Origin: Cyanophora paradoxa CCMP329
Lineage: Eukaryota > Plantae > Glaucophyta
Length of the DNA: 64,000 bases
Assembly: GCA_004431415.1 (NCBI GenBank)
Contig: QPMI01000689.1
Span: forward strand, 50,723 to 114,722
Direction of reading: 5' to 3'
The notes under the pieces: generated by a model
Database searches by the model: none
The model's input: the letters and a program-made list of their open reading frames with translations, nothing else
What the model was told of the DNA's origin: nothing
Shown: in pieces, positions 51,770 to 63,711 of the stretch
How positions within the stretch are numbered: the stretch's first letter is position 1
Layout: the number at the start of each line of letters is the position of its first letter
Made by a program: the position numbers and the translations under genes

Positions 51770-53135
51770 ATGGATATTACGTCGACCCTCCAGCGCCTTT
51801 CGTTGAAAGAAGCCCTAACAACCCAGAGGAGGCCAAGGCCTTCTTTCTGGATAACTCCCTTATGCTTGGTCTTGAATCCAAGTCTAAGCCCGTTCTTGTT
51901 GTTGTGAACCCGAGCAATACTTTTGAAAATAATGTTGGAAATCGCATTTCATTCAAACTCCCTCGCTACAATTCTGTGGCAAACTCGAACTTGCCTTTGA
52001 CCTTCCAGCTATCACTTTTGGTGATGCTGATCTTGTTCGAAATGGATACACTCGCCCAGTTGGTGCTTTGGTTCAGCGACTTGAAATTACCTATGGGTCA
52101 TACACCTACCATATCCCTTCTGATTTCCTTGCTCATTTCCCTCTTGTCTATTATAGTGAGGACCAACTTGCCAAAAAGAAGCGGTCAATGGGTATGCTTC
52201 ACGGCATCCCCGCCCATGGAACCAACCGACTTGGTGGTTCTTTCTTCGTCGAAATTCCTGTGCCTTGGCTAAACCACTACCTACCTCTTGGTGCTCTGTC
52301 TGGTGAAATGGTAGTAACTGTTTGGTTCAAGGATGTAGGGAAGGGTTATGTTGAGACTTCTTATGGTGGTCGTACTCTTCCTAAGGCTGGGGACACAGCC
52401 ATTGATGGGGACAAGGACGATGGGCTTGGCGTCGCACCTGCTGAATCTGTGCTGGCACATGTTGGCCAAAACATCACCACTTTCAATCTTGGTGCGCCAA
52501 ACGTTGAAATTAAAATTACTTCTCCTCGCCTTTATATGTATGCTGTTAATGTGTCTGATGAGCTTTTCGCTACTGTTATTGAGAAGGTAAAGACAACTGG
52601 CATGGCTATCCCTGCTCTGGATATTGGATTTGTGGATGTCAGTGATTTGAAAGCCAAGGGCGGCGCCCAGCCCAATCGAGTTAACCTCTCCCAAATCTCA
52701 GGTCTTGTTTATGCTCTGCTTGTTTCAGTTCGTGATAACGCTAATGTTGACAAAGCAAATGTTCCCACAGTGTACTTAAGACCTACTCCAACTCCAAAGA
52801 GATCACATTCACAATTGAGATAAACGCCAGCGACTTTTTGCCACTGAGCCAATTTCGCTCCTCAAAGGTGCTGAGCTGATTGCTGATGTCTTCAAATGCT
52901 CTAATATGGATAAGGTTGCTGATCGCTATGTTCTTTCGGGTATGAGTTTCTGTCTTGATGGTGAGAAGGCAATTCGCAATATTGCCCAGTCTGGCTATGT
53001 TGACCTGACCAATTCTTCATCTTCATTCCTCACTCTCTACATGCCCACTGACAAGGCAATTGATGTCAATGTTCGCGCTCTCATGCATAGTTTCATTATT
53101 GTGACAAGGACGGCTTGAGGCGAATCAATCTATAA
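51770..53135 (+). pseudogene. Putative major capsid protein, frameshifted
   Basis: Fragments 51742-52272, 52068-52823 and 52906-53118 match 17317-18687. Confidence 0.78.
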
Positions 53136-53188
53136 ACCATATTCAGTCACATCGTATTATTTTTATCTGGTTCTTTATAGAAGGAAGC

Positions 53189-53970
53189 ATGGGCGACTTG
53201 GACGAATTTAATGCTGGTGAGATGATAAATCCCCCTTTCCGCGTTTTGGCAATTGGCAAATCTGCTACTGGTAAATCAGAGGCTGTAAAGTACTGGCTCA
53301 AGCAGCTTCATGATGCCAAAAAGATTGATGTCGTTTTGGTGGTGAGTGGAACAAGCTTTAATCATTTCTGGGATAAGGTGGCCACATTACAATTGGGGAA
53401 ATGGGACGCCCCTTACATTGCTAAATTGCTGGATGAAAGGCAAGAGAAAATAGAAAAAGGGAACCTGTTAACCAATTATGTGTTGTTTTGGACGACCTTA
53501 TTGACAACGAAATAGTAGATTTGACCCGAGATAAAATAATCGGAAGTCTTTACAGTCGTGGTAGACATTCGAAAATATCTATTATCTGTATCACACAAAA
53601 GCTAAGGAAAGTCTCATCAACAATTCGCGTCAACTCAGATTATGCTATGTTCCTAAGCGCTGCCAATAGAAAGGAGCTTGAAGCCATTGAGGAAGAATAC
53701 AATATAATGCGGGACAAAGATGTTTTCTATAAAATGTTTGAAGAATATGTACATTCCTATCAGTTTCTAATTTGGTCATCTGCCGATTATTCTGTGAAAT
53801 ATTTCGTAGATAAAGCGGATTTGGTCAAAGATTTCCCATTTCCACGGTTCCACAGGAAGCCAAAGAAGAAAGAAGATGAGCTTAAACCACCAGAGAAAGA
53901 AGAAGGGCGAAAAGAAGTGAGAAGCCAAGTTCATAGTAATAAGTTAATGCGATATAAACGCGGTCTATAA
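53189..53970 (+). pseudogene. A32 packaging ATPase, one frameshift near 53460
   Basis: GKSATGKS in the first fragment; DDLID..SRGRH in the second. Confidence 0.88.
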
Positions 53971-53998
53971 AAATATCTCTCACTTTAATAAAGACACA

Positions 53999-54733
53999 AT
54001 GCCCCCCAAACGCAAAATAGGCATCCCTGCTGGGGCTGTTGGTTATTCAGGCGGTGGTAACAATGGCTCCATTAACACAGACCCGCTTAAATTCAATGGA
54101 ATGAATGAGGTTAAGCCATCACAGCAACAAGAGGATCCCCTTAATGCCGCCTATGAGGAATCTTTTGATGACAAAGCCCCACAGACGTCCACCAGTGATC
54201 AGCTCAACATCTCCCCTGAAGCTTCTAAAATGAAGGCTGTGGGTGAGGGTGCCAGGCGAATTATAGGTGCTGCTGATGACAAAGGTCTTGGGCTCCAAGA
54301 TCTATCACTCACTCGCAAAGGTGAGGGTCTCAGTAAAGAATCCGACAAGGTTATCCAGTCTATGGCGGGTGAAGTCACATACAAGACTGCTCCCACCCAG
54401 AATATTCATAGAGTTCCCAAGGCTCAATGGGACGAGATGACTGCCAAGCTTAAAGATCTGGAAGCCAAATCAAGTGCCTTAGAGCAATATGTAACTGAGA
54501 AGAGAGAGAGATCCAAACTCAAGGAGATGCTAAGAAAGGAGGTGTTCAAAATGGGGATCACTGGGATTCCAGATAAACAGTTTATTGCCAAGAAAGAGAA
54601 CCAAATTGATGAGCAAGCTGTTGATGAAATGAAAACAAAGACCCAAAAGGGGACTATTGAGCCAGGTGCTACAAAGGCTGAGGTGGACAAAGGTGTAGCC
54701 CCCACAGTGTATAAACGACGGGTTTGGCTTTGA
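53999..54733 (+). CDS. Conserved 244-aa protein
   Basis: Orthologue of 15712-16446. Confidence 0.85.
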   Translation: MPPKRKIGIPAGAVGYSGGGNNGSINTDPLKFNGMNEVKPSQQQEDPLNAAYEESFDDKAPQTSTSDQLNISPEASKMKAVGEGARRIIGAADDKGLGLQDLSLTRKGEGLSKESDKVIQSMAGEVTYKTAPTQNIHRVPKAQWDEMTAKLKDLEAKSSALEQYVTEKRERSKLKEMLRKEVFKMGITGIPDKQFIAKKENQIDEQAVDEMKTKTQKGTIEPGATKAEVDKGVAPTVYKRRVWL

Positions 54734-54761
54734 GAAAAAATAAACGTTTTTTCTATTATAA

Positions 54762-54992
54762 ATGGATGATACCATCAGTCTGGTTGAGTTCACCGTTGAT
54801 AGTCCTGTTAGTGAGAGTTATATTAAGAGCGCTGTAGCAAACCAAAAACGATACAGGGAAGACCCAGAATATAGAGAGTTTAAGAAACAGCAAGCCTTGG
54901 CATCATATTATCGCCGAAGGGCACAAAAAGATGTTGTGAGGCCTATAGGGAGGCCAATTAAACATTATTTGACCACTGAGAGCAGCAACTGA
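54762..54992 (+). CDS. Small basic protein (GRP motif)
   Basis: Orthologue of 15188-15433. Confidence 0.8.
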   Translation: MDDTISLVEFTVDSPVSESYIKSAVANQKRYREDPEYREFKKQQALASYYRRRAQKDVVRPIGRPIKHYLTTESSN

Positions 54993-55017
54993 GTTATTTT
55001 GTCCTGTTACTTGTAAG

Positions 55018-55284
55018 ATGTGGCAATGGCTCCAACAATTGCTGGATATGTTTCATATACATGTGACCAGCAATTATAAGTGTAGCTGTTGTGATACTAC
55101 TATTGACGTCAGCATTGGATCTTCCTCCCCAAGTGGATCCAGGAGTGGGTCTCCCTATGATGTGGTGCGCTCAACTGAGGGGCAAAGGGTAAGCTTGGAG
55201 AGCATTGAAGAGGTGACAGGGGAGCAATTTGCTCAGGCTGTAAGCAGCGCTTGGAATGAGTACCAAGGAAACCGTCTACATTGA
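55018..55284 (+). CDS. Small Cys-cluster protein
   Basis: Orthologue of 15417-15689. Confidence 0.7.
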   Translation: MWQWLQQLLDMFHIHVTSNYKCSCCDTTIDVSIGSSSPSGSRSGSPYDVVRSTEGQRVSLESIEEVTGEQFAQAVSSAWNEYQGNRLH

Positions 55285-55289
55285 ACACA

Positions 55290-55526
55290 TTATCTGCCAT
55301 CAGGGAAGGGGCTAATCTCATTTCCAAGCATGAGGAGATCGTTTGATATTTTTTGTAAAGCTGCTTTGATATGTGGAGACAGGGGGGCTATTCGATGACC
55401 AAGGTTGTACAGTTCTATAGAGACGCGATGTATGGAGTCACTCAATTCAGGGCTTGGAGACGTCAGCGCCAAATATGAGAGTTCAAAGGAGACCTCTACA
55501 AGGCGAGTATGGATGGGAGTTGTCAT
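55290..55526 (-). CDS. Hypothetical protein (78 aa)
   Basis: Compact ORF with an internal repeat (S.EL..LG..I.P) and an AT-rich leader. Confidence 0.45.
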   Translation of the reverse strand: MTTPIHTRLVEVSFELSYLALTSPSPELSDSIHRVSIELYNLGHRIAPLSPHIKAALQKISNDLLMLGNEISPFPDGR

Positions 55527-55723
55527 AATAATCTACTTTTAGGCAGCATAAAAATGCGAAAGGGGCGGCTCTGCGTAGAGCTTGATGAGAGCTTCACAGG
55601 AAAAAAAAGAGCGCTCAAAACGGCCAATCTGGTGCCGAGATATTCGCGTTTGAAGTTCCTTAAGTGGCTCTAATTGAAAGTTTTAGAAACATTCTTATAG
55701 AGCTCTATAAGGAAATAGCTGCG

Positions 55724-55899
55724 CAATCTCAGCGTTGCGCGGCCATACAAGGAGCAATCTCAGGCTTGCGCAGCCACACACTGAGCAATCTCCGGCTTGC
55801 GCGGCCATACAAGGAGCAATCTCAGCGTTGCGCGGCCATACAAGGAGCAATCTCAGGCTTGCGCAGCCACACACTGAGCAATCTCAGGCTTGCGCAGCC
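55724..55899 (+). repeat. 31-bp tandem repeat, two alternating variants (GAGCAATCTCAGGCTTGCGCAGCCACACACT / GAGCAATCTCAGCGTTGCGCGGCCATACAAG)
   Basis: About 5.5 units read directly. Confidence 0.9.
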
Positions 55900-55905
55900 C
55901 GCGTG

Positions 55906-56550
55906 TATATGTATATGATATATATGAAAAAAAAAACAAGTTTTGGTAAAAACTACAGCGCCGTGATCGCCATGACGCGGCGAGTCCGGAAAGCTATGAT
56001 ATATATATATGTCATGTGACATTATGATATATCATATACATATATCATTATGGTATATACAAGTCGCTCAAATTGAAGTCTTATAAGGTCTTATAAGAGT
56101 TGTCTTATAGAATTCTTTTCTAAAATCTTATATGGTCTTATAAGATTTAATGTGCGTACCGTAGCGCAGTACGCAAGCCACTTTGCGTACCGTAGCGCCG
56201 TACGCAGCCCACTGTGCGTACCGTAGCGCAGTACGCAGGCCACTGTGCGTACCGTGGCTCAGTACGCAAGCCACTGTGCGTACCGTAGCGCAGTACGCAA
56301 GCCACTGTGCGTACCGTAGCGCAGTACGCAGGCCCTGTGCGTACCGTAGCGCAGTACGCAGGCCCCTGTGCGTACCGTGGCTCAGTACGCGCGAACGTAC
56401 ATATGTATATGATATATATGAAAAAAACAAGTTTTGGTAAAAACTATAGCGCCGTGATCGCCATGACGCGGCGAGTCCGGAAAGCATGTTATATATATAT
56501 GTCATGTGACATCATAATATATCATATACATATATCATTATGGTATATAC
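55906..56550 (+). repeat. ~150-bp direct repeats (55906-56060, 56401-56550) flanking a second 31-bp tandem array (56151-56390, CCACTGTGCGTACCGTAGCGCAGTACGCAAG x ~8)
   Basis: Read directly; each array unit contains the palindromic arms TGCGTAC..GTACGCA. Confidence 0.88.
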
Positions 56551-56708
56551 ATTTGGTATATGCGAAACTGAAAATATTCGTAGCTCGTCACCAGATCATC
56601 GTAAGGCTATGATGTTGGAGTCTATAAATATCTACTTTGTACGAGGAATCCAACGGTGATAGCGGCAAGGAGTGAATCGGTGATTTTAAGATGGGGTACT
56701 TACAATTT

Positions 56709-56945
56709 TCATGACTTTCTCCAGCTAAAATTTGCTTTGTGGAGTAGGGCATACCCCTCCATGCCATAGTTATCACATATGATGTTCTCATATGCCTCCA
56801 TCAATCTGCGCAATTCTTTACTTTTCTGGGGGTTGATGTCTTGGGGGGACTTCCTATACTCATCATAATACTGCTGCCTGACTGCCTCCCACAGTTCAAC
56901 CATGTCCTCAAGGGGGATGTCATCATAGCTGCTATCTGAGTCCAT
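56709..56945 (-). CDS. Hypothetical acidic protein (MDSDSSYDD...)
   Basis: ORF with AAAATTGA ~55 nt upstream of the ATG. Confidence 0.45.
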   Translation of the reverse strand: MDSDSSYDDIPLEDMVELWEAVRQQYYDEYRKSPQDINPQKSKELRRLMEAYENIICDNYGMEGYALLHKANFSWRKS

Positions 56946-57446
56946 GGTGGTACTGGTGGGCTTATGTAAGACTGTTTGGGGGGTTGGGGGTGTCAAGAAT
57001 CAATTTTTGGTGGGCACTTGGGGGCTTGGGCTCTTCACCATGCTATATGAAGATGTCCTTAAGTGCTGGTGGCCTACAAGCAAGTGGGGTGATTTTGGGG
57101 GGGTTAGGGGACTCAAGGGAAGTTAGGGGGTTTCTGCCAACTGACGTCTTGTTGTTTAGGTTACCATTCTCAGTCTGGAAGGTGGGGTTTAGGGGGGATT
57201 AGGGGGTTGTGAGTGGGTAGGGGGGTATTCTCTCACAACTCTATATATTTCTGGCTTGTTGCTTAAAAATGAAAAAGAGTTGGAGGCTATAGGAGTTATA
57301 TATCCCCCCCTAGGTCCCCTAACCCCCCCACATGTATACATTATTACCATTTCTGGTCATAAAACAACCAGAAAGTAAAAAATGAAGGTCCCCCAGAAGG
57401 TCCCCCAGACGTCTTGAACCCCCCCCAAAAACCTATCATGAGCCCC

Positions 57447-59708
57447 CTAATCCTCCTCCTCTTCCAAAAATTCTATCAACAGCCCACAGCTCTTGAAGTA
57501 AGCCATCATCTCATCCCACTTGAAGACATAACACTCCCTTCCACAATACTTGGTAGGCCTCACATATTCCAGTCCAGCCATCTCAATGTAGAACTTCCTT
57601 GAGCTGAATTCATTCTTGAATTTATTAATTGTAATGAACTGCTGGAACCACTCCCACACCTGTTGCCTGTTCTCAGTCCTTGGTGTATCCTTGGTAATCT
57701 TTTGGGTGTCTACCAAATCCTTGGTGAACAAGGCAGTGACAGGAACACTTGCTTGTTGGGCAAGGTAGTAGCTGTTGGTCATTGGCCTGTCAGCATACCA
57801 GTTCACATCTGTGACATCCACCTTGTTTTTCAAGTAAAGGAATACCATGTGCTGGTTTCTTGGCTCCTTCAGCCAATTACCCAGTGACTTGAATATTTCA
57901 TGTCACCCTTTTTCTTGTCACTCACCTCCACAATCACAAACCTTCTATCTCCAGCCTCCACTTTGATTGGTAGGGTGTTGTTGGTAGTAAATATGATCCT
58001 GGCAAAATTCCTCACCTCATGAGAATTGACATACTTAGCCTCAATTACAATTTTCTCAGCAGTGATCATGTCCTTGAGGGCATCACTGTTGTGAAGGTGT
58101 CTTTGCCACTTGCCTCATTCACAGTGATAAGTAGTTTGTGCTTTCGCTGGTGGGCAAAGTTTCCAAATAAGTCCTTCAGTGGGTTGGCTGTGCTGAAAGC
58201 CAAGTCCCACCCAGTATTTCATTTTGAAACCAATCCAATATGATGTTCTTCCCCACTCCTTGCTTTCCCTTGAAGATGATTGAAATCCCATTCAACTCCC
58301 CAGGTCTCTGAATAATGTGGGCAAAGTACTTCAGTATGTAATTGAATGTAGAAGCATCTTCACCACTGAGAATCATCATGTGGTCAAGGAATGGGCTAAC
58401 ATCTTCCAGTTACATCAGGAGGAATATCCATTTCACTCACATCCATAAGCTCACCTTTCATACCAGCATAGGCATTAAACACCTTGGCAGTGGTGGAAGC
58501 AGATTTTACAGGAGGTGGGAGGAAGTCCAAGTAATCATACCTTGTGGCAGTCTCATCTTTCGCCCACTTTTTGATGAAGTTATGAGGCTCCATCTTCATA
58601 GACATTAGGTCAAACTCTGTGTATGAATGTGAGGGTATACATCCTCAGCCAAGCTTTTGAAGCTGGTTGTGTCATACTTCTTGGTATGATCATTCCAAGA
58701 CAAGACAAACCCAGGCTTCATAATGTGAGCAAGTCTGGCATCCATGTAGGGCTTGATCTCCATGTAATCACAGTTGGTAGGAATTGGAGCAGTCTTGTAA
58801 TCAATGTTGGAAAGGGAAGCTTGACATTCAGGTACATCAAACCCACTGGCCATAGGTTTTTCCACAAAAGTCACCCTGTAGCCAGTTTTCCCTCCACATA
58901 ATCACTAACCTCTTCCAAAGCACTCAATACTTTGGGGTCTTTCCTGATCATACATCCATCAAAGACCAAGACATCCACATGGAGCTTAAGAGCACTGAAG
59001 TACTCACAAGCAGCCATTAACACCTGATTCTCAAGGTCACATAGTACCATATTCATGGTGGAACCAAGTACATTGCTTTCTTTCTTGCGCTTAGCAATAG
59101 CATAGAAGCGCTGCTTCTCAATCCCACCAATGAATTGATGGACTTTGGCCATTTCCTCTTTGAGATCACTGAAGTACTTGTGATTGTAAGTAGGCTGAGA
59201 GGTCAGCCCCTTGCCCACCATTGATGACTGCCAGAATGCTGCGCTTGACATCAGCCTTGGATTTCTGGGTGACCTCACAGAGATCATCAAGAATTTCATC
59301 CCTGCTCTGAACATATTTGTTCAGCTGAGGAGTGGCAATTGAATGTTTCTCACAATACTGAACAAGCAGGACAGGGTGGCAGTTCACAATGTCAATGTCA
59401 TAGTAGTAGTCCTTGGAAATGGTGTGGCGAATTTCCCTACAGATGCTTTGAAGGCTGGGGGTTTTTCCATCCACAAAGTACCACAGTGTTGTGCTTCACC
59501 TGCTTATATTTACAGGTGTGGTAGCCCTCATGATCGACGATAGAAAGTAATTTCTGGATGATGGCTCTCATTTGGGTCTTGTCAGTTTCAGGGCGAAACT
59601 GGAGATTATCAAAGTTCTCCACCACCCATTTGAGGTTACTCTGTGGATGCGCTCAGTGAGAATGAAGGTGTTGCCATTGGGGTTGATTGAGCTGAATGAG
59701 GGAGCCAT
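57447..59708 (-). pseudogene. TVpol (PolA-like primase-polymerase) - SF3/D5 helicase fusion, multiply frameshifted
   Basis: SLQSICREIR..YDIDIVNCHPVLL, K..IL..INGG, LCDLENQVL, LVFDGCMI. Helicase GKQGVGKN, FTTNN, GDRRF. Confidence 0.78.
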
Positions 59709-59804
59709 TCTATAATAGGGTGAGATAATTATTTCAGTGAACTATACCTTAAGTACTTTTCAGAAAAAGGAGTAACTCCAATCAATTTTTCGGACCCCCC
59801 ACCC

Positions 59805-59996
59805 TCATACATAGGGATTTCGCTTCCTTGGCCGCCCCCTCCGGTCAGGAACAGCCTCTTCAAACAAATACCTGATACACAATAAAGCGCCTGCTCTGTA
59901 CGTACTAACCCTTACATATTTCTTGTGAAGCTCTCGAAACTCTGGGTCATTTTGAATCCTGCGTTGGATGTATCTCATTTGCTTTGTGTATGCCAT
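59805..59996 (-). CDS. Small basic AT-hook-like protein
   Basis: NDPEFRE..RRGRPRK. Confidence 0.6.
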   Translation of the reverse strand: MAYTKQMRYIQRRIQNDPEFRELHKKYVRVSTYRAGALLCIRYLFEEAVPDRRGRPRKRNPYV

Positions 59997-60049
59997 TGCT
60001 TGATGCGTTTCCTCTTATAGTATAGTTGAGATTTCTTTTTAAGTAGATT

Positions 60050-60550
60050 TCACTCTTCAAAACGTTGGAGGGATAGCTTACATGCGCGTACTATTTTTTG
60101 GGTGGGCACCCAGTTACTCAGCCTCTTCTCAATCTTGCCACATTGAGTAATCATCTGATTAATCCAATGAACCTCCCCCAAATCACAGAAATTTATGTCC
60201 CCAGAAGCATGTTTAAATAATGAGTTTCTGAGCTCTTTGCTCTTTTGAACAAAGATATTCTTGACATCACTCCACAAGAGTTTGATAATTGGATTTGACC
60301 CTTCACCATACTGCCATGTAGAGGAGTTACCAACCCGAAAATACCATAGTCCTTGTTTTTTACCTTCAGGGATTCTGTAAAGCACCTTGTGACTAAGAGC
60401 CAGACGGGCAACTTCAGCTATTGACTGTCAGTGCCCTCCATGATACATCGTGAGACAGCTTGTTTAATAACTCCTCATTCTTGGATTGGACAGCATCCAC
60501 TTCAGTGGTGTCAATCGTGAGAATTCGAGCATCCATTGTGACAATCATCT
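60050..60550 (-). pseudogene. Hypothetical protein, possibly D5_N-like, frameshifted at the 5' end
   Basis: 111-aa frame with a WYF..W..L..DVK pattern; promoter-like motif at ~60570-60590. Confidence 0.35.
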
Positions 60551-60653
60551 TGATCTCCTTTGAATATAGTAGAGAAAATAATCTTTAAGTAGTAACTATA
60601 CCAGCACTTAAAGAAATAAAATGTTCCCTATATAGAATACAGCCCCCACAACC

Positions 60654-63600
60654 ATGCCCCGCCCCAGCCACTACCAAATTAAGGAGCTCCAGGACAAGAT
60701 TCTCGGGAATCTGGCCTTCCTCCTTGCGAACCACTCCATCAGTGAAAGCGAATATGAATCATACATAAGCCAAACCAACAAAGCTCAAGGGCTTCAAGCT
60801 CTCAATCGAGAGCTATTAGGGAAAATCGACGCCCTTGATGAGACTGATCGCCTTGGCCAAATCCAAGTCGAACAAACACCACAACTCAAGTCAGAGGAGA
60901 TGAATACACTACCTTAATAAATGAGCATCGCGCTCTCTGAATAATAAATACATCGATTTCACATCAGAGCTCAGCACCAGATCCTGACCACTCAAGAGTT
61001 TATAGACACCTACTCTGAGGAACTCCACACAAGGCTCCAAGATGCCATCAATTCACAGATGTCGATTAAAACTCGCTTTACGTTGTCTGTCGCTTTTCTA
61101 AGCAATAATTCGAGAGATTTATTACCAAGCACATTTACAGCACCTATGCTATCATGACAAGATCTCGAATCCTCACAAAGAGACAGCTAAACTTGCCAAG
61201 GAATGCCAGTCGCAAATTAATGTCACAGATAGCTACAATTAGATAGCATCAAGCCCTCAGGGTCATTGTTCTCCTTTAAGCCATCTCAGGAGGAGCATTT
61301 ATTCCCATTGCCTGAGTGGCTAAAAATAAACGCGCCATTGTCAATGTTAATAACAAGGACAATAGGTGCTTTGAATATCCATCCTGAGCTATATTCACAA
61401 GGACGAAGTAAATAGCCACAAGCGCAATGAGACTTCCCAATACAGGAGGTGGTTCAAAAAAGAACTAAATTTCGAGGGCATTGAGTTTCCTGTAAGGCGG
61501 ATGCTGATACTATTGATCTCTTTGAAAATCTCAATCCAGCAATCTCTGTTAATATTTACGACCCCTCTAATCTACAGAAGAAATTAATCTACTCCACAAC
61601 AGCTCCTCAAGGAACAGGAAACACCAAGTGGATCTGCTGCTAATTACAGACGAAAATGGTAACAGTCATATACCACAATATTCAGCATGTCCAGAGTCTT
61701 AGCTAAAAATGATAAGCAGCGACTCCATTTCTGTAAAACCTGTTCCAACCACTTCAAGACTGAGGAGAAGCTTCAATCCACATTCAAAGCAAACGTTGTG
61801 TGGATTGGAAGACAAGTGCTGGAGAGACCCCAAAACAACCCACATTCATTGAATATGGTCTTAAACACTCTCAAAGACTGTATTCCTCCCGTGATTGCCT
61901 ATTGCTATTTCGATTTTGAAACAGATCTGGTATGTTCAAGATCAAATCAATCTCACTGACAGCTCTTCATAATAATAGAGTAGTACTCACTAAAACCCAC
62001 TCCAACATCTTTGAGCTCCTGAATACCTCGACAGCAAGCCCCAGAGCTATTCAAAGCCTATTTACCAACCCCAATGTCACTGACCAAAGAGCAGAAACGT
62101 ACCCATTACCTTGCTAAAACCTGCTACATCTGCCAAGGTGATTTCACCCAAGACAATATAAAGTGAGGGATCACTGACCACAAACTGGCGATTTTGTAGG
62201 CACAGCATGTCGCAAATGTAATCTCCACAGACGCACCAGCAATCTCACCAAGATTCCCATAGTGACCAATGATCTGTCCCTATCTGGAACGCAGATATTC
62301 AAGGCAGTCGCCTTAAATCCCGAAAAAAGGGTGGAAGTCCTCGCAAAATCGTTTGACACTACATGTCGATCACCTGGGGCTGTTTCAAATTCATTGACAT
62401 CAAAAACTTTATTGATTATGGCGTCCAGAACGGGAAGGATTAATGAAAAGTTCCAGCTTTTCCGCCAGAAATCACACAAAACTTTTGGGATGGATGCTGC
62501 CCCTATGTCTCAAGTCCAGGGCTTTCGTGGGACAGCATGCTATCGATTACCAAGCCCAAAATCGAACTCTCTCCAACCTTGATATGTACAACATGGTTGA
62601 AGGCATGATCAGGGAGGCCTTTCGATTATGAATCATAAATATGCCAAAAAGGAAAGGGACAGACACATTATATATTTGGATGCCAATAACCTATATGGAT
62701 ATGCCCTGTCCCAAAAGCTACCCCTCTCGAATTTCCAATGGCACCCAGAACCCTCAAATTACGACCTGTCATCAGCAGAGGGGCCATCTTAGAAGTTGAC
62801 ATCATTATCCCAGCACCTCCATCAACTCCACAAAGAACTGCCTCTTGTCATCAGAGAACAGAAGATGGGCTCAAGCAGCCTGCGAAGACATATCAACTTT
62901 GTGGTGTCGAAACCTTTGCTCCAATTCATGGTAGCACAAGGCTTAAAGGTCACCAAAAATCCACAGGGTGCTAACATTTACTCAGGCTGCCTTTTGAAGC
63001 CTTACGTCGAATCCAATGCCCAAAACCGCAGAGCAAGCCGCCTCCAAACCCGAAAAGGACTTCTTTAAGATCATGAACAATAGCCTTTTCGGCAAAACCA
63101 TTGAGAAAGTGAGAGGAAGGTCTAATGTCAAGATTGCCACCAACGAAAAGCATTTATGAATACGCCAGATCGCCCCTACTCAAAAGCAGAAACAAGACTA
63201 AGCGATTCAGCAGTAGCCTTCGAAATGCTACAGAAAAGATGTCAAGTTAGATAAGCCCATAGCAATTGGGCAGTTTGTTTGATCTTGCCAAGCTGCGCCT
63301 ATTTGATTATTATTATAACACCATCAAGCGGAAATGGCCAGACTGTAAACTGCTTTTTACTGATACAGATTCGCTTTGCTTCAATAAATTCGAAAACTAT
63401 AGCAAAAGACCTACAAGACATTGACACCACCCCACAGAGCTTGGAAAGTTCAAAAATGAGTTTGAGGGCAGAACCATTATGAATATGCTGGGGTAAGGCC
63501 GAAATGCTACAGCATTAAAACAGATGATGAGGAAATAAAAAAACTGGCAGGTGTTTGTAAGGAGACCATTCAAGCAGATCTGTCTTTCCAAGATTATAAA

Positions 63601-63700
63601 GACCATGTGTCCACCAAAAACCCAAGCAAATCGAAATGACTGTCCAAAAGAAGCTTGAAAATGAGACCTACAATGTGAAGATGTCAAGATTGCTTTCTAA
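60654..63700 (+). pseudogene. Family B DNA polymerase, heavily frameshifted
   Basis: Fragments YLDANNLYGYALSQ, FFKIMNNSLFGK, FTDTDS, YFDFE, CYIC..DH; N-terminus similar to element 1 PolB. Confidence 0.85.
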
Positions 63701-63711
63701 TCCCAATATAG

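Noticed and set aside
55724-56390. CRISPR-like appearance of the 31-bp arrays, and the ORFs spanning them
   Set aside because: The units are contiguous with no unique spacers and there are no cas genes. The ORFs are repeat translations.
47050-63700. Programmed frameshifting as the explanation for split genes in element 2
   Set aside because: The breaks are too numerous, and the element 1 orthologues are uninterrupted.
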